From Draconibacterium orientale (GTDB lineage Bacteria > Bacteroidota > Bacteroidia > Bacteroidales > JAIFNL01): 51,919 nucleotides of DNA. The stretch is taken from positions 1 through 51,919 of the forward strand of contig DZBP01000003.1 of NCBI GenBank assembly GCA_022729915.1. The letters run 5' to 3'. How positions within the stretch are numbered: position 1 is the stretch's first letter; every line of letters begins with the position of its first letter. The notes under the pieces are model-generated. The model saw only the letters and a program-made list of their open reading frames with translations. It had not been told where the DNA came from and ran no database searches. Both the position numbers and the translations under genes were made by a program. This document shows positions 10,085 to 19,103 of this stretch, in pieces.

Positions 10085-10669
10085 ATGAACAACAAAATAG
10101 CAATATTCGTTTGGATAAGCTTCATTTTCGCAATAACTGTTAGCTCGTGCAAAGAGAAAGCAACGCCTCAAAAAGCAGAAATTATAAGCAAGTTGCAAGC
10201 TTCGTCGAAACTTTCGACGGTAGAATATGTAGTAACAAAAGTAATTTCAGCAGAAAAAAAGCGTCTTTTAGCCGATAAATATTTTTTTGCTGAAACCAAA
10301 GCATTTATAAAAGCTGGCATCGATTTGAGCAAAATAGAGGAAGAAGATGTGATTATTCAAGGCGAAAAAATAAGCATTACGCTTCCGGCTGTTGAAATTC
10401 TTGAGTTTTCGTATCCTCCTAATGCCTTTAATGTGGTAGAAGAATACACCAGCTCTAATGGTCCGCTCGATTTTAATACCATTTCGCTTTCGGAAAGAGA
10501 TGCTCTTTACAGAGCCGGCGAAGTTGATATTAGAAACAGTATCAAGAGTTTAGGCATAACAGAAACGGCTGAAAAAAATACTCGTTTTTTCTTCACAGGA
10601 CTGTTAAAAAATTCTGGTTTCAACGAAATTTATATAAAGTTCAAAAACCATGAAATAGCTGAAAAATAA
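10085..10669 (+). CDS. DUF4230-like lipoprotein
   Basis: 194 aa with lipobox TVSSC. KLSTVEYVVTKVI, FIKAGIDLSKIEEEDV and ISITLPAVEILEFSYP match the DUF4230 pattern as I recall it. Confidence 0.55.
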   Translation: MNNKIAIFVWISFIFAITVSSCKEKATPQKAEIISKLQASSKLSTVEYVVTKVISAEKKRLLADKYFFAETKAFIKAGIDLSKIEEEDVIIQGEKISITLPAVEILEFSYPPNAFNVVEEYTSSNGPLDFNTISLSERDALYRAGEVDIRNSIKSLGITETAEKNTRFFFTGLLKNSGFNEIYIKFKNHEIAEK

Positions 10670-10774
10670 TAAACATAACTTTATTTTTTTTATAGCTGAA
10701 ATACAATTACTTTTAAAAGTTTCAATTGTTTATAATTTTTACAAAAAGATAATAAAAAAATACGATATAAATTT

Positions 10775-11824
10775 ATGCTTAAAGTATTCAGAAATATAGC
10801 CATCGTTTTGATTCTTTTATCCGCAACTTATTATGGATTAGCTAATTTTACTAACTTCTTGCCGGGTAAATTCAATTTGTTCAAAGGGAAATTGAGCATG
10901 AAAGAAACTCCAGTTTTAATAGAACAAATAAAAGAAATAAACCAACTGGTAAGTGCCGAATTTTACGGCGAAGTTTATGCCGATTTGTTTGCAGCTTACA
11001 ATGATTTGATTGAAGAACATGGAACTAATTTGTTCAAAATAAGCAATAAATACAAATATTTAGAAGATTATGCTAAAAAAAGAGACAAAATTGAAATTGT
11101 CAATTTAGATATTACAAAGTACAAAACTGAAATTGATACATTGAAAAAACTGGTTTTTAAAAGCGATTCGTTACAAAAAATATACAAAATAGATTTAGAT
11201 TCGCTTGAAAAAACACTCAAAGAATTGCCCAAAGGTAAAAAAGAAAGCAACGAAAGAGAGCGTTTTGATTATGTAAAGAATGAGATTGATAGTATGGAAA
11301 AACACTACAAACAGACTTCTGACGACCTTTCAAAATACACAAAAAGACTTAAAGATGCTGAAAAAGACCTCATTTCATCTGAAAAAGACTTGATTTCGGC
11401 AAAAGAAGACGTTTCCGATTTTATCAACAAACATAATTTAGTTTACATCGGAAGAGGTCATATTTCTGCCGGTTACAATATCGATTTAAGTGAAATAGAT
11501 ACAAGTTCTACAAAAAAAATAACATTCTACCTGCCTAAAGCTGAATTGATTGACACTGTTATCAATCCATGGTATTACAAAACCGAAAAAGATTCGCTTA
11601 TGGGTTACGAAATTTACATAAACAAAAAAGACCGTTTTTATACAAACGATGATGTGATGCTTGTAAAACAAAAATGTAGGAAAAACTTAGCAGTTAGTGC
11701 ATTAAACAAAGGAATTTTGGAAATGGCTACAAAAAACGGAACAGCAACCTTAGAAAGTTTTTTCTTACTTTTAGGATTTGAAGAAGTTTTTGTAAAAGAA
11801 AAAAATATTATTTCGGCAAATTAA
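10775..11824 (+). CDS. DUF4230-like membrane-anchored protein with a coiled-coil insertion
   Basis: 349 aa with an N-terminal TM helix. QLVSAEFYGEVYADL and ISAGYNIDLSEID ... ITFYLPKAELIDTVINP form a split DUF4230-like core. A ~150-aa Lys/Glu-rich coiled coil interrupts it and includes the tandem EKDLISS/EKDLISA. Confidence 0.45.
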   Translation: MLKVFRNIAIVLILLSATYYGLANFTNFLPGKFNLFKGKLSMKETPVLIEQIKEINQLVSAEFYGEVYADLFAAYNDLIEEHGTNLFKISNKYKYLEDYAKKRDKIEIVNLDITKYKTEIDTLKKLVFKSDSLQKIYKIDLDSLEKTLKELPKGKKESNERERFDYVKNEIDSMEKHYKQTSDDLSKYTKRLKDAEKDLISSEKDLISAKEDVSDFINKHNLVYIGRGHISAGYNIDLSEIDTSSTKKITFYLPKAELIDTVINPWYYKTEKDSLMGYEIYINKKDRFYTNDDVMLVKQKCRKNLAVSALNKGILEMATKNGTATLESFFLLLGFEEVFVKEKNIISAN

Positions 11825-11941
11825 TCTTAAGTGCTATTTTAAATGGTGTTGGTGTTTTTTGTAATCAAATGATTTTTAGGTATTTGGTGGATTCAATTAC
11901 AAAATTTATTTTACTATTTGTTTTTATTTGGTCTTAAAAAA

Positions 11942-12721
11942 ATGATGAAATATCTCTTTTTTTTAGTTGTATTTTTTAGCTTAGGTAAGCAGTTGTTCTC
12001 TCAAACAGATTCTGTAAGTTTAGAACAAAAAGACAGTATTCCTTTGACTGAAAAAGAGTTGCTTGCTGCAAACAAAGCTTTTGTAGCAAACATTTTAAAA
12101 GATTATACGAATGCCGTTGGTGGTGAAAAAAAACTAAAAAAATTTAAAAATGTAGTTATAAAAACGAATATTGTAATAGAAGATGTAACATACAACATTG
12201 TAAAATACTATGAGTATCCCAACAAAATGACTAAAATTATGAGTTCGATGGGAAATCGAATTGAAAAAATAATTTTCGATGGAAATAAAGGCAGACGTTG
12301 GGGTGTACAAGGCTACAAAATTTACGAAAAAGAAGAATTAGATGAACTAGAATACGAAGCTTCTATTTTTCTTCCTTTACTTTTTGATAAATACAAGTTT
12401 GAACTTACCTACGACACAACCGAATACATTAATGGAAACGAGGCTCATCGAGTTTCAGCAGTTTCGCCAAACAAAAAATTACACCAATTTCATTTTAGTG
12501 TTCTTAGCGGACATTTAGTGCGTTGGACATTATCGTTTCAAAATGAAAATGCCGAAGAAGAATTACTTATTATCGATTACAACGATTTTCAAATGACCGA
12601 CGAATATGAGTTTCCACACGAAATTATTTATACTCGCGGTGATTTAAAAATGAAATTCAAAGTAACACTTGTTACCGTTAATGAAAAATTAGAGAATGAT
12701 ATTTTCATGCTAATAAATTGA
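11942..12721 (+). CDS. hypothetical secreted protein (possible LolA-like fold)
   Basis: The ATG at 11942 gives MMKYLFFLVVFFSLGKQLFSQ, a signal peptide; the listed TTG start at 11918 is less likely. YTNAVGGEKKLKKFKNVV resembles lipoprotein-sorting-like proteins, but the function is unsupported. Confidence 0.5.
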   Translation: MMKYLFFLVVFFSLGKQLFSQTDSVSLEQKDSIPLTEKELLAANKAFVANILKDYTNAVGGEKKLKKFKNVVIKTNIVIEDVTYNIVKYYEYPNKMTKIMSSMGNRIEKIIFDGNKGRRWGVQGYKIYEKEELDELEYEASIFLPLLFDKYKFELTYDTTEYINGNEAHRVSAVSPNKKLHQFHFSVLSGHLVRWTLSFQNENAEEELLIIDYNDFQMTDEYEFPHEIIYTRGDLKMKFKVTLVTVNEKLENDIFMLIN

Positions 12722-12732
12722 TTGATAATAAA

Positions 12733-13170
12733 TTAACATTCGTCGTTTGCTTTTTTAATACTATAAACACCTTTTCCAATGGCTAACAAAATAACAGGAT
12801 TTTCGGGGTGATAGAGTTTCATTTCGGTAACAACCAAACGACTGCCTTGCCTTAATATTCTACTTTCACCAATCACATCTTGGGCTTTTCCGGGTCGTAA
12901 ATAATCAATACGCATATCAACGGTAGCAATTTTGTCGTCAAAACTTTCTAAAACGGTCATCGCCACAATTCCACCAATTACATCTATTAAAGTAGCACTA
13001 ATGCCTCCATGCAAACGATTAGCTCGAGGGTCGCCAATAAATTCATCGCGAAATGGCAAAATGGCTTTGGCAAAATCTTTTTCAACTTCTAATAATTTCA
13101 TTCCTAAAAATTTATTAAAAGGAATCATTTCTTCAAAAATAAGTTTAAATGCATCGAAATTCTCTTCCAT
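12733..13170 (-). CDS. PaaI-family hotdog-fold thioesterase
   Basis: HGGISATLIDVIGG plus the ATVDMRIDYLRPG pattern is typical of PaaI/YbdB thioesterases. The start is moved to MEENFDAF (13170) because the longer ORF would run through the upstream terminator hairpin. Confidence 0.7.
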   Translation of the reverse strand: MEENFDAFKLIFEEMIPFNKFLGMKLLEVEKDFAKAILPFRDEFIGDPRANRLHGGISATLIDVIGGIVAMTVLESFDDKIATVDMRIDYLRPGKAQDVIGESRILRQGSRLVVTEMKLYHPENPVILLAIGKGVYSIKKANDEC

Positions 13171-13194
13171 ATAATTCAAAAATAACTTGTAAAA

Positions 13195-13239
13195 CAAAAA
13201 AAGAAAATGTGAAAATTTCATTTTCATTTTCACATTTTC
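13195..13239 (-). terminator. rho-independent terminator after the acyl-CoA ligase gene
   Basis: 14-bp perfect stem GAAAATGTGAAAAT (13203-13216) / ATTTTCACATTTTC (13226-13239). On the minus strand it is followed by CTTTTTTTGTTTT. It lies 13 nt past the stop at 13252. Confidence 0.55.
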
Positions 13240-13251
13240 CAATAACTAAAA

Positions 13252-15024
13252 TTATTTGTAACCATAAATTCTATCAAACTTATCGCGGTATTTTTCCTTA
13301 ATTACTTTGCGTTTTAATTTCAAAGTAGGCGAAAGCTCCCCTGTTTCGGGCGACCAAGAATCAGGAACTAAAGCAAACTTTTTCACTTTAAATGTTTTAT
13401 TACACAAAGCGTTAATTCGTTCTACTTCTTCAGAAAAACGAGCTAAAACTTTCTCATTTTCAATTAATTGAATATTGTTCAATTCTGGTAAGTCGTGTAA
13501 TTTACCCCAATTTCGCAAATAATCAAAATTTGGAACTATCATAGCAGCAGTAAATTTTTCGTCAGCACCAACTACTATTATTTGCTCAATAAAAGGTGAT
13601 TCTTTGAAACGGTTTTCAACAACTTGTGGGGCAACATATTTACCGGTAGAAAGTTTAAAAATCTCCTTTTTGCGGTCGGTTATTTTCAAAATATTACGGT
13701 CTTGCAATTCGCCAATATCGCCTGTATGAAACCAACCTTCTTCGTCGATAACCTCGTTAGTGCGCTCAATATCTTTATAATAACCCAGCATCAAATTAGG
13801 ACCTTTGAATAAAATTTCGCCATCTTCGGCAATTTTCACTTGCGAAGTTTCGATAAGAGGACCTACTGTACCAAAACGAACATCGGGATAAGCCCAGCGA
13901 TTTACTGCAATAACAGGCGAAGTTTCAGTTAATCCATAGCCTTCTACAATTCTAATTCCTGCTGCCCAAAACACGCGAGCCAAACGAACTTGCAAAGCAG
14001 CACCACCCGAAAGTACGACTGTAATCTCATTACCTAAAGCTTCACGCCATTTTTTGAAAATTAACTTATCTGCAATTTTAAATTGCAATTTGTACCAAGC
14101 ACTTTTTCCGGTAAATTCATATTCTTCGGCTAAATTTACTGCCCAGAAAAATAACGAACGTTTTATTCCAGTCAATTCTCGTCCTTTTGCTAAAATTTTA
14201 TCATACACTTTTTCGAAAACTCGAGGCACTGCTGTAAAATGATTGGGTTTAACTTCTTTGAGATTATCCGACATGGTATCAATACTTTCGGCATAATAAA
14301 CTGAAACACCTAAATACTGAACTAAATAATTCACCATTCGCTCAAGTACGTGGCACAATGGCAGAAAACTCAACGATTTATTTTCCTTTCCAATAGGCAG
14401 TAAAGTACCACAAGCCAACACGTTTGACATAAAATTTTTGTGCGAAAGCATTACACCTTTGGGTAAACCAGTTGTGCCAGAAGTGTAAATAATTGAGCAC
14501 AAGTCGTCTTCATTTATACTTGCTTTTATTTCAGGAAGCAGGTTTTTGTATTTGTCTTGATGTTTTTTTCCTAATTCAACTAATTCGTTAAAAAGGATAG
14601 CACCATCAATTTTATCAAATGAATACACTTTTTCAATAGTTGCCACATCGTCAGCAAAAGGTTTAATCCGTTCATACAATGCAGGTGTACCTAAAAATAC
14701 CAATCGAGATTCAGAGTGCGCGAAAATATGTTTAAAAGTTTCCTCACTTACTGTCGGATAAATAGGAACATGAACTGCACCAAGCTGATTCATAGCCATA
14801 TCTATAAAATTCCACTCGGGGCGATTGTTGGAAACACTAGCAATTTTATCGCCTTTTTTTATCCCCAATTCCATGAAGCCGTAAGTGGTAAAGTTCACGT
14901 TATCAATGTAATCCTGAGTAGAGAAAGTATCCCACTTTCCATTTCTTTTTACGGCAAGATTAACATCTTTCGGGGAATTTTCTTTTATAAAATCTAAAAT
15001 ATCAAAAGTTCTTTTTATCTCCAT
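13252..15024 (-). CDS. long-chain fatty acid--CoA ligase (AMP-dependent synthetase, FadD-like)
   Basis: 590 aa. AMP-binding motifs IIYTSGTTGLPKGVMLSH, EGYGLTETSP, HTGDIGE and ITDRKKEIFKLSTGKYVAP. Confidence 0.9.
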   Translation of the reverse strand: MEIKRTFDILDFIKENSPKDVNLAVKRNGKWDTFSTQDYIDNVNFTTYGFMELGIKKGDKIASVSNNRPEWNFIDMAMNQLGAVHVPIYPTVSEETFKHIFAHSESRLVFLGTPALYERIKPFADDVATIEKVYSFDKIDGAILFNELVELGKKHQDKYKNLLPEIKASINEDDLCSIIYTSGTTGLPKGVMLSHKNFMSNVLACGTLLPIGKENKSLSFLPLCHVLERMVNYLVQYLGVSVYYAESIDTMSDNLKEVKPNHFTAVPRVFEKVYDKILAKGRELTGIKRSLFFWAVNLAEEYEFTGKSAWYKLQFKIADKLIFKKWREALGNEITVVLSGGAALQVRLARVFWAAGIRIVEGYGLTETSPVIAVNRWAYPDVRFGTVGPLIETSQVKIAEDGEILFKGPNLMLGYYKDIERTNEVIDEEGWFHTGDIGELQDRNILKITDRKKEIFKLSTGKYVAPQVVENRFKESPFIEQIIVVGADEKFTAAMIVPNFDYLRNWGKLHDLPELNNIQLIENEKVLARFSEEVERINALCNKTFKVKKFALVPDSWSPETGELSPTLKLKRKVIKEKYRDKFDRIYGYK

Positions 15025-15349
15025 GGTAAAAAATTTAAAAACGGTTTGGTTTTAGTTAATTGTAATTTTTGGTTCAATGCCTTAAAATTAATAAATCGGA
15101 GAAAGAACAATTTAGATGCGAAAATGTTTAAGAAAGCAAAAATTCTTTTGCATAAAAACCTTTAAAAATGGTTTATATCTCAACTTGTCTAGTAACAATG
15201 CAAAAAAATCCTTTTTTAATCAAATATTTCGCTTCTAATGTACCTAAACTACAAATCATACTTTATTTTAAGGCATTGCCTTATTTTGCTATAAAAAAGA
15301 ATGAAAAAAATACTCTTTTTCTTTAAATAAATTGTATGTTTAAATTTTT

Positions 15350-16324
15350 TTATTGTGTTATTTTAAATTTTTTGAATGCTGCATTTAAACGTGGCACAAT
15401 ATCAAAAGCATCGCCAACAATTCCGTAATCAGCTGATTCAAAGAATGGTGCCTCTGTATCTTTGTTTATGGCTACCAATACTTTTGAGCCGTTTACGCCT
15501 GCTAAATGTTGAATTGCACCTGAAATACCAATGGCAATATATAAATTGGGTGCAACTACTTTTCCTGTTTGCCCAACATGCTCATGGTGAGGACGCCAAC
15601 CTAAATCGGCTACCGGACGAGAGCAGCAAGTTCCTGCTCCTAGTATTTGTGCCATTTCCTCAACCATTCCCCAATTTTCGGGACCTTTTAATCCTCTACC
15701 AGCAGAAATCAAAATTTCGGCATCGCTAATAGACATTTTACCGTCCGATTTAATTAATTGTTTTGGTGCAACGGCTAAATCAGCGGGGCTTGCATCAAAA
15801 TTATGCTTTTCGATGCTGCAATCTTTTGGATTTTCAATAATTTTAAACGCATTTTGAGTCAATGTTAAAACTTTGATTGCCGAATTAATTTTAAAATCGA
15901 CAAATGCTTTGCCCGAAAATGCTTTTTTACGAACTACAAACGGTTCTACACTTGAAGGAACTTCAACTACATTAGGAGCTAAACCAGCTCTAAGTCTTAC
16001 ACTTACACGAGGTGCTAGCGACTCGCCCGAGGCATTGTTGGCAAAAACCACAACCTGAGCATTTTGTCCAGTAGCTACTTCTGCAATTAGTTTGGTATAG
16101 CTCTGATTTGTAAAGCTTTGTAAACCTTCGCCATTTGCAACTATCACTTTTGATGCGCCAAATTTGCTAAGTTCTAAAAGTTTTTCGTCAGTAACATTTC
16201 CAACGGTTAAGCACACTACTTGAGTGCCAATTTTTTCTGCAATAGCGTACGCATAAGAAACTAACTCTAAACTTAGTTTTTTAAATTCGCCATTCCAATT
16301 TTCTGTATATGCTAAAACTGCCAT
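15350..16324 (-). CDS. etfA: electron transfer flavoprotein subunit alpha
   Basis: 324 aa. C-terminal FAD-binding signature PNLYIAIGISGAIQHLAG and ADYGIVGD. It lies directly downstream of etfB. Confidence 0.9.
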   Translation of the reverse strand: MAVLAYTENWNGEFKKLSLELVSYAYAIAEKIGTQVVCLTVGNVTDEKLLELSKFGASKVIVANGEGLQSFTNQSYTKLIAEVATGQNAQVVVFANNASGESLAPRVSVRLRAGLAPNVVEVPSSVEPFVVRKKAFSGKAFVDFKINSAIKVLTLTQNAFKIIENPKDCSIEKHNFDASPADLAVAPKQLIKSDGKMSISDAEILISAGRGLKGPENWGMVEEMAQILGAGTCCSRPVADLGWRPHHEHVGQTGKVVAPNLYIAIGISGAIQHLAGVNGSKVLVAINKDTEAPFFESADYGIVGDAFDIVPRLNAAFKKFKITQ

Positions 16325-16493
16325 TTTAATCGGATTTAATCTAATAATTTGAATAGTATGTTGTAAACCAAAATGAATTGGTTATTAAGCTTTTCCAAGT
16401 GTATTTGTATATTGTTTATATGCAAATTATTTGTAAAAAACAATAAGCACTGGCGCTTAATTTTGCTTAAAAAATAAAAAAAGACCCTGAGTA

Positions 16494-17237
16494 TTAGATA
16501 ATTTTAGCTTCTTCATGAAGCAAACGAACTAAATCTTCAGCATTTTCAGTAGGTATAAGCTTACATTTACCTTTTGGCTGTGGCAAATAGTATTTTTGTG
16601 CATCAGTATAAACCTCATTGTTAGAAGGTTGAACGACTTGCAAATCCTTTTTGCGAGCCATCATAATTCCACGCATATTCGGAATTCGGGGTTCGATGGC
16701 AAATCCTTTTCCCGACGAAATAACCATTGGTTTTACACCTTCTATTACTTCTTTGCCTAAGTCACTTTCGCGTTCTATCAGCATTTTGTCGCCTTGTAGA
16801 TTAAAAAAAGAGGCACTATTGATTGATGGCAAATCTAAAAGCTCAGCTACCATGCCTGCGACTTGTCCACCATTGTAATCAATTGATTCTTTGCCAGTTA
16901 AAATTAAATCAAAGTCTCCTTTTTTAAAAACTTCGGCAATTTGGTTGGCTACAAAAAAGGCGTCAGTAGGCTCAGCATCTACTCGAATAGCATCATCTGC
17001 GCCCATTGCCAAAGCTTTTCTGATTGTATTTTCACTTTCTCTATTTCCAACGGTAACAGTAGTAATTTTCAAATTGTTACCTGCATCACGCAAATCGAGT
17101 AAACGAGTAAGCGCAAATTCTTCATGCGGTCCTACAATATACTGAATATCAGTTTTATTAAAAACAGTGTCGTTTTCAATAAATTTAATTTTTGAGGTAG
17201 TATCAGGCACATGACCTATACAAATAAGTATTTTCAT
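16494..17237 (-). CDS. etfB: electron transfer flavoprotein subunit beta
   Basis: The start at MKILICIGHVPDTTSKIKF (ATG at 17237) is the typical EtfB N-terminus. VGPHEEFALTRLL, DLILTGKESIDYNGGQV. Confidence 0.9.
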   Translation of the reverse strand: MKILICIGHVPDTTSKIKFIENDTVFNKTDIQYIVGPHEEFALTRLLDLRDAGNNLKITTVTVGNRESENTIRKALAMGADDAIRVDAEPTDAFFVANQIAEVFKKGDFDLILTGKESIDYNGGQVAGMVAELLDLPSINSASFFNLQGDKMLIERESDLGKEVIEGVKPMVISSGKGFAIEPRIPNMRGIMMARKKDLQVVQPSNNEVYTDAQKYYLPQPKGKCKLIPTENAEDLVRLLHEEAKII

Positions 17238-17464
17238 ATAATTATAAGTTAAAAAAATTACATTAAACACTTTGATTTTGTATCATTGTGTTTAGTCAAA
17301 TAAGGTTTATCAGAAAATTTATTCAATTTGAAGAAAATCAAACTAGTTTATTAAAATTTCCTATGCAAACATAATATTTTTTTTTTACAAATCCAAATTT
17401 ATTTGCATATATTCATAAGTATTTATGTGCAAATTGAAATTTTTTTTTTATGTATTTGATTTTC

Positions 17465-17511
17465 AAAAATATAAAAAACAAAAAAAGCTATACAAACGTT
17501 TGTATAGCTTT
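17465..17511 (-). terminator. rho-independent terminator after the metal permease gene
   Basis: Perfect 28-nt palindrome AAAGCTATACAAACGTTTGTATAGCTTT (17484-17511). On the minus strand it is followed by TTTTGTTTTTTATATTTTT. It lies 24 nt past the stop at 17535. Confidence 0.6.
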
Positions 17512-17534
17512 ATCAAGTACAAAAAAAAGAAAAA

Positions 17535-18806
17535 TTATTCTTTCAAACCCATAAATTTATAGCCAACTTTTTCTATTTCTGTTTTAATTGTTTCTAAGTT
17601 CACATTTTTTCCGCTTATAGTGGCAGTTTCAGTAGTTAAATCTACTTCAACACTCTCTATATCTGCTATTTGAGAAATAGCATTTACTACATTTTGCTTG
17701 CAATGATTGCAATTCATTCCTTTTATTATTACAGATATTTTTTCCATACCTTTAATGTTTGTAATATGTTGATTTTTAGTTGCATTTAAATTAAATCTTG
17801 ATTTATATTTTTGAAAATAAGCATTTACTATGAACAAAAATAATAAAACTGACGAAAGAGTTTTGAACCAAAACGGTAATATCTCATGCGAATGTGAATG
17901 CAAGGCATGAATTGCGCCCATTGCAAACCAATGTGTTGGTAAAAATTCATTTATAATAGTTCCGAAAAAAAGAGCCGAAAAAATAATCGAAAAAAGATAC
18001 GAAAAAAGAGCTTTTTTTCCCATCGAATTTTTAATAACCGTAATAGTTGCAGCATTAGTGGCAGGACCAGCCATTAAAAAAACAAGTGCAGCACCAGGTG
18101 AAAGTCCTTTCATAAGCAAAACGGCAGCAATTGGAACCGAAGAAGTTGCACACACATACAAAGGAATTGAGGCAATTAAAACGACAAACATGCTTACAAA
18201 TTTATTATTCAAGTAGTTAGTGAAAAAGCTTTCAGGAACTGCAACTGAAATGAATGCAGCTATTAGCAATCCAATAACCAGCCAGTTAGCAATGTCTTGA
18301 AGAAAATCGACAAAGGCATATTTGAAAATTTTATCGAAAAGGGTTTTGTATGTTATATCTTGTGTAATTGTTTGGTTTTTAATGGCTTCAGTATTTTTAT
18401 CGAAAGCATTCGTGAAAATACCTCCAATTACGCCTGAAATTAAAGCAATTAATGGTCGCAGAATTGCAAAAGGTAATCCTAATAGAGAGTAAGTTACTAA
18501 TATTGAATCTACTCCGGTTTGGGGAGTAGAAATAAGAAACGAATTGGTAGCACCTTTTGAAGCTCCATTTTTATAAAACGAAATTCCGGTTGGAATCACG
18601 CCACACGAGCAAAGTGGAAGTGGCACACCCAACAATGATGCATTGAATACAGATTTAAAATTATTCTGCCCTAAATATTTACTTACCATTCTTTTGGGTA
18701 TCAGAGCATTTAAAATTCCAGCAACTAAAAAACCCAAAAGTAAGTAAGGCGACATTTCATTTAAAATGGAAAAAAAATCAGATAAAAATTGACTTATATA
18801 GTTCAT
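17535..18806 (-). CDS. permease (ArsP/DUF318-type, SO_0444-like Cu/Zn efflux family) fused to a C-terminal HMA metal-binding domain
   Basis: 423 aa and polytopic. GVPLPLCSCGVIPTG is the cysteine-rich signature of this permease family. The C-terminal ~70 aa carry the heavy-metal-associated motif GMNCNHCKQNV. Confidence 0.7.
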   Translation of the reverse strand: MNYISQFLSDFFSILNEMSPYLLLGFLVAGILNALIPKRMVSKYLGQNNFKSVFNASLLGVPLPLCSCGVIPTGISFYKNGASKGATNSFLISTPQTGVDSILVTYSLLGLPFAILRPLIALISGVIGGIFTNAFDKNTEAIKNQTITQDITYKTLFDKIFKYAFVDFLQDIANWLVIGLLIAAFISVAVPESFFTNYLNNKFVSMFVVLIASIPLYVCATSSVPIAAVLLMKGLSPGAALVFLMAGPATNAATITVIKNSMGKKALFSYLFSIIFSALFFGTIINEFLPTHWFAMGAIHALHSHSHEILPFWFKTLSSVLLFLFIVNAYFQKYKSRFNLNATKNQHITNIKGMEKISVIIKGMNCNHCKQNVVNAISQIADIESVEVDLTTETATISGKNVNLETIKTEIEKVGYKFMGLKE

Positions 18807-19103
18807 TTTGAGTATTTTTTATATTTCAATGCACTTTGTTTTGATTTCATAAAAGTAAAAAAAAAATTCATCCCAATATGTCTTTTTTTAATTTAAAATA
18901 AATTTTTGTTTTTAACCACTTTAAATTCATTTTATTTATTTTTGGCAATTCAAATTTCATAACTATTTACAAGAAATAGCTTATCAAAAAATATTCTTTT
19001 TTGAAAAAAAACATAAAATAGTTCAAATAAATACTTTTTTAGAATAATCAACAAGGATAAACCGTTTATTGATTATCTGAAATAACTAAAAATAATAATA
19101 TTG

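Noticed and set aside
13171-13242. Longer N-terminus (MENVKMKMKFSHFLFLF...) for the thioesterase
   Set aside because: The extension is encoded by the 14-bp-stem terminator hairpin of the upstream acyl-CoA ligase gene. MEENFDAF at 13170 gives a normal-length PaaI-type protein.
17238-17270. 11-aa N-terminal extension of etfB (MFNVIFLTYNY)
   Set aside because: EtfB proteins begin MKI(L/V)V...; the ATG at 17237 fits.
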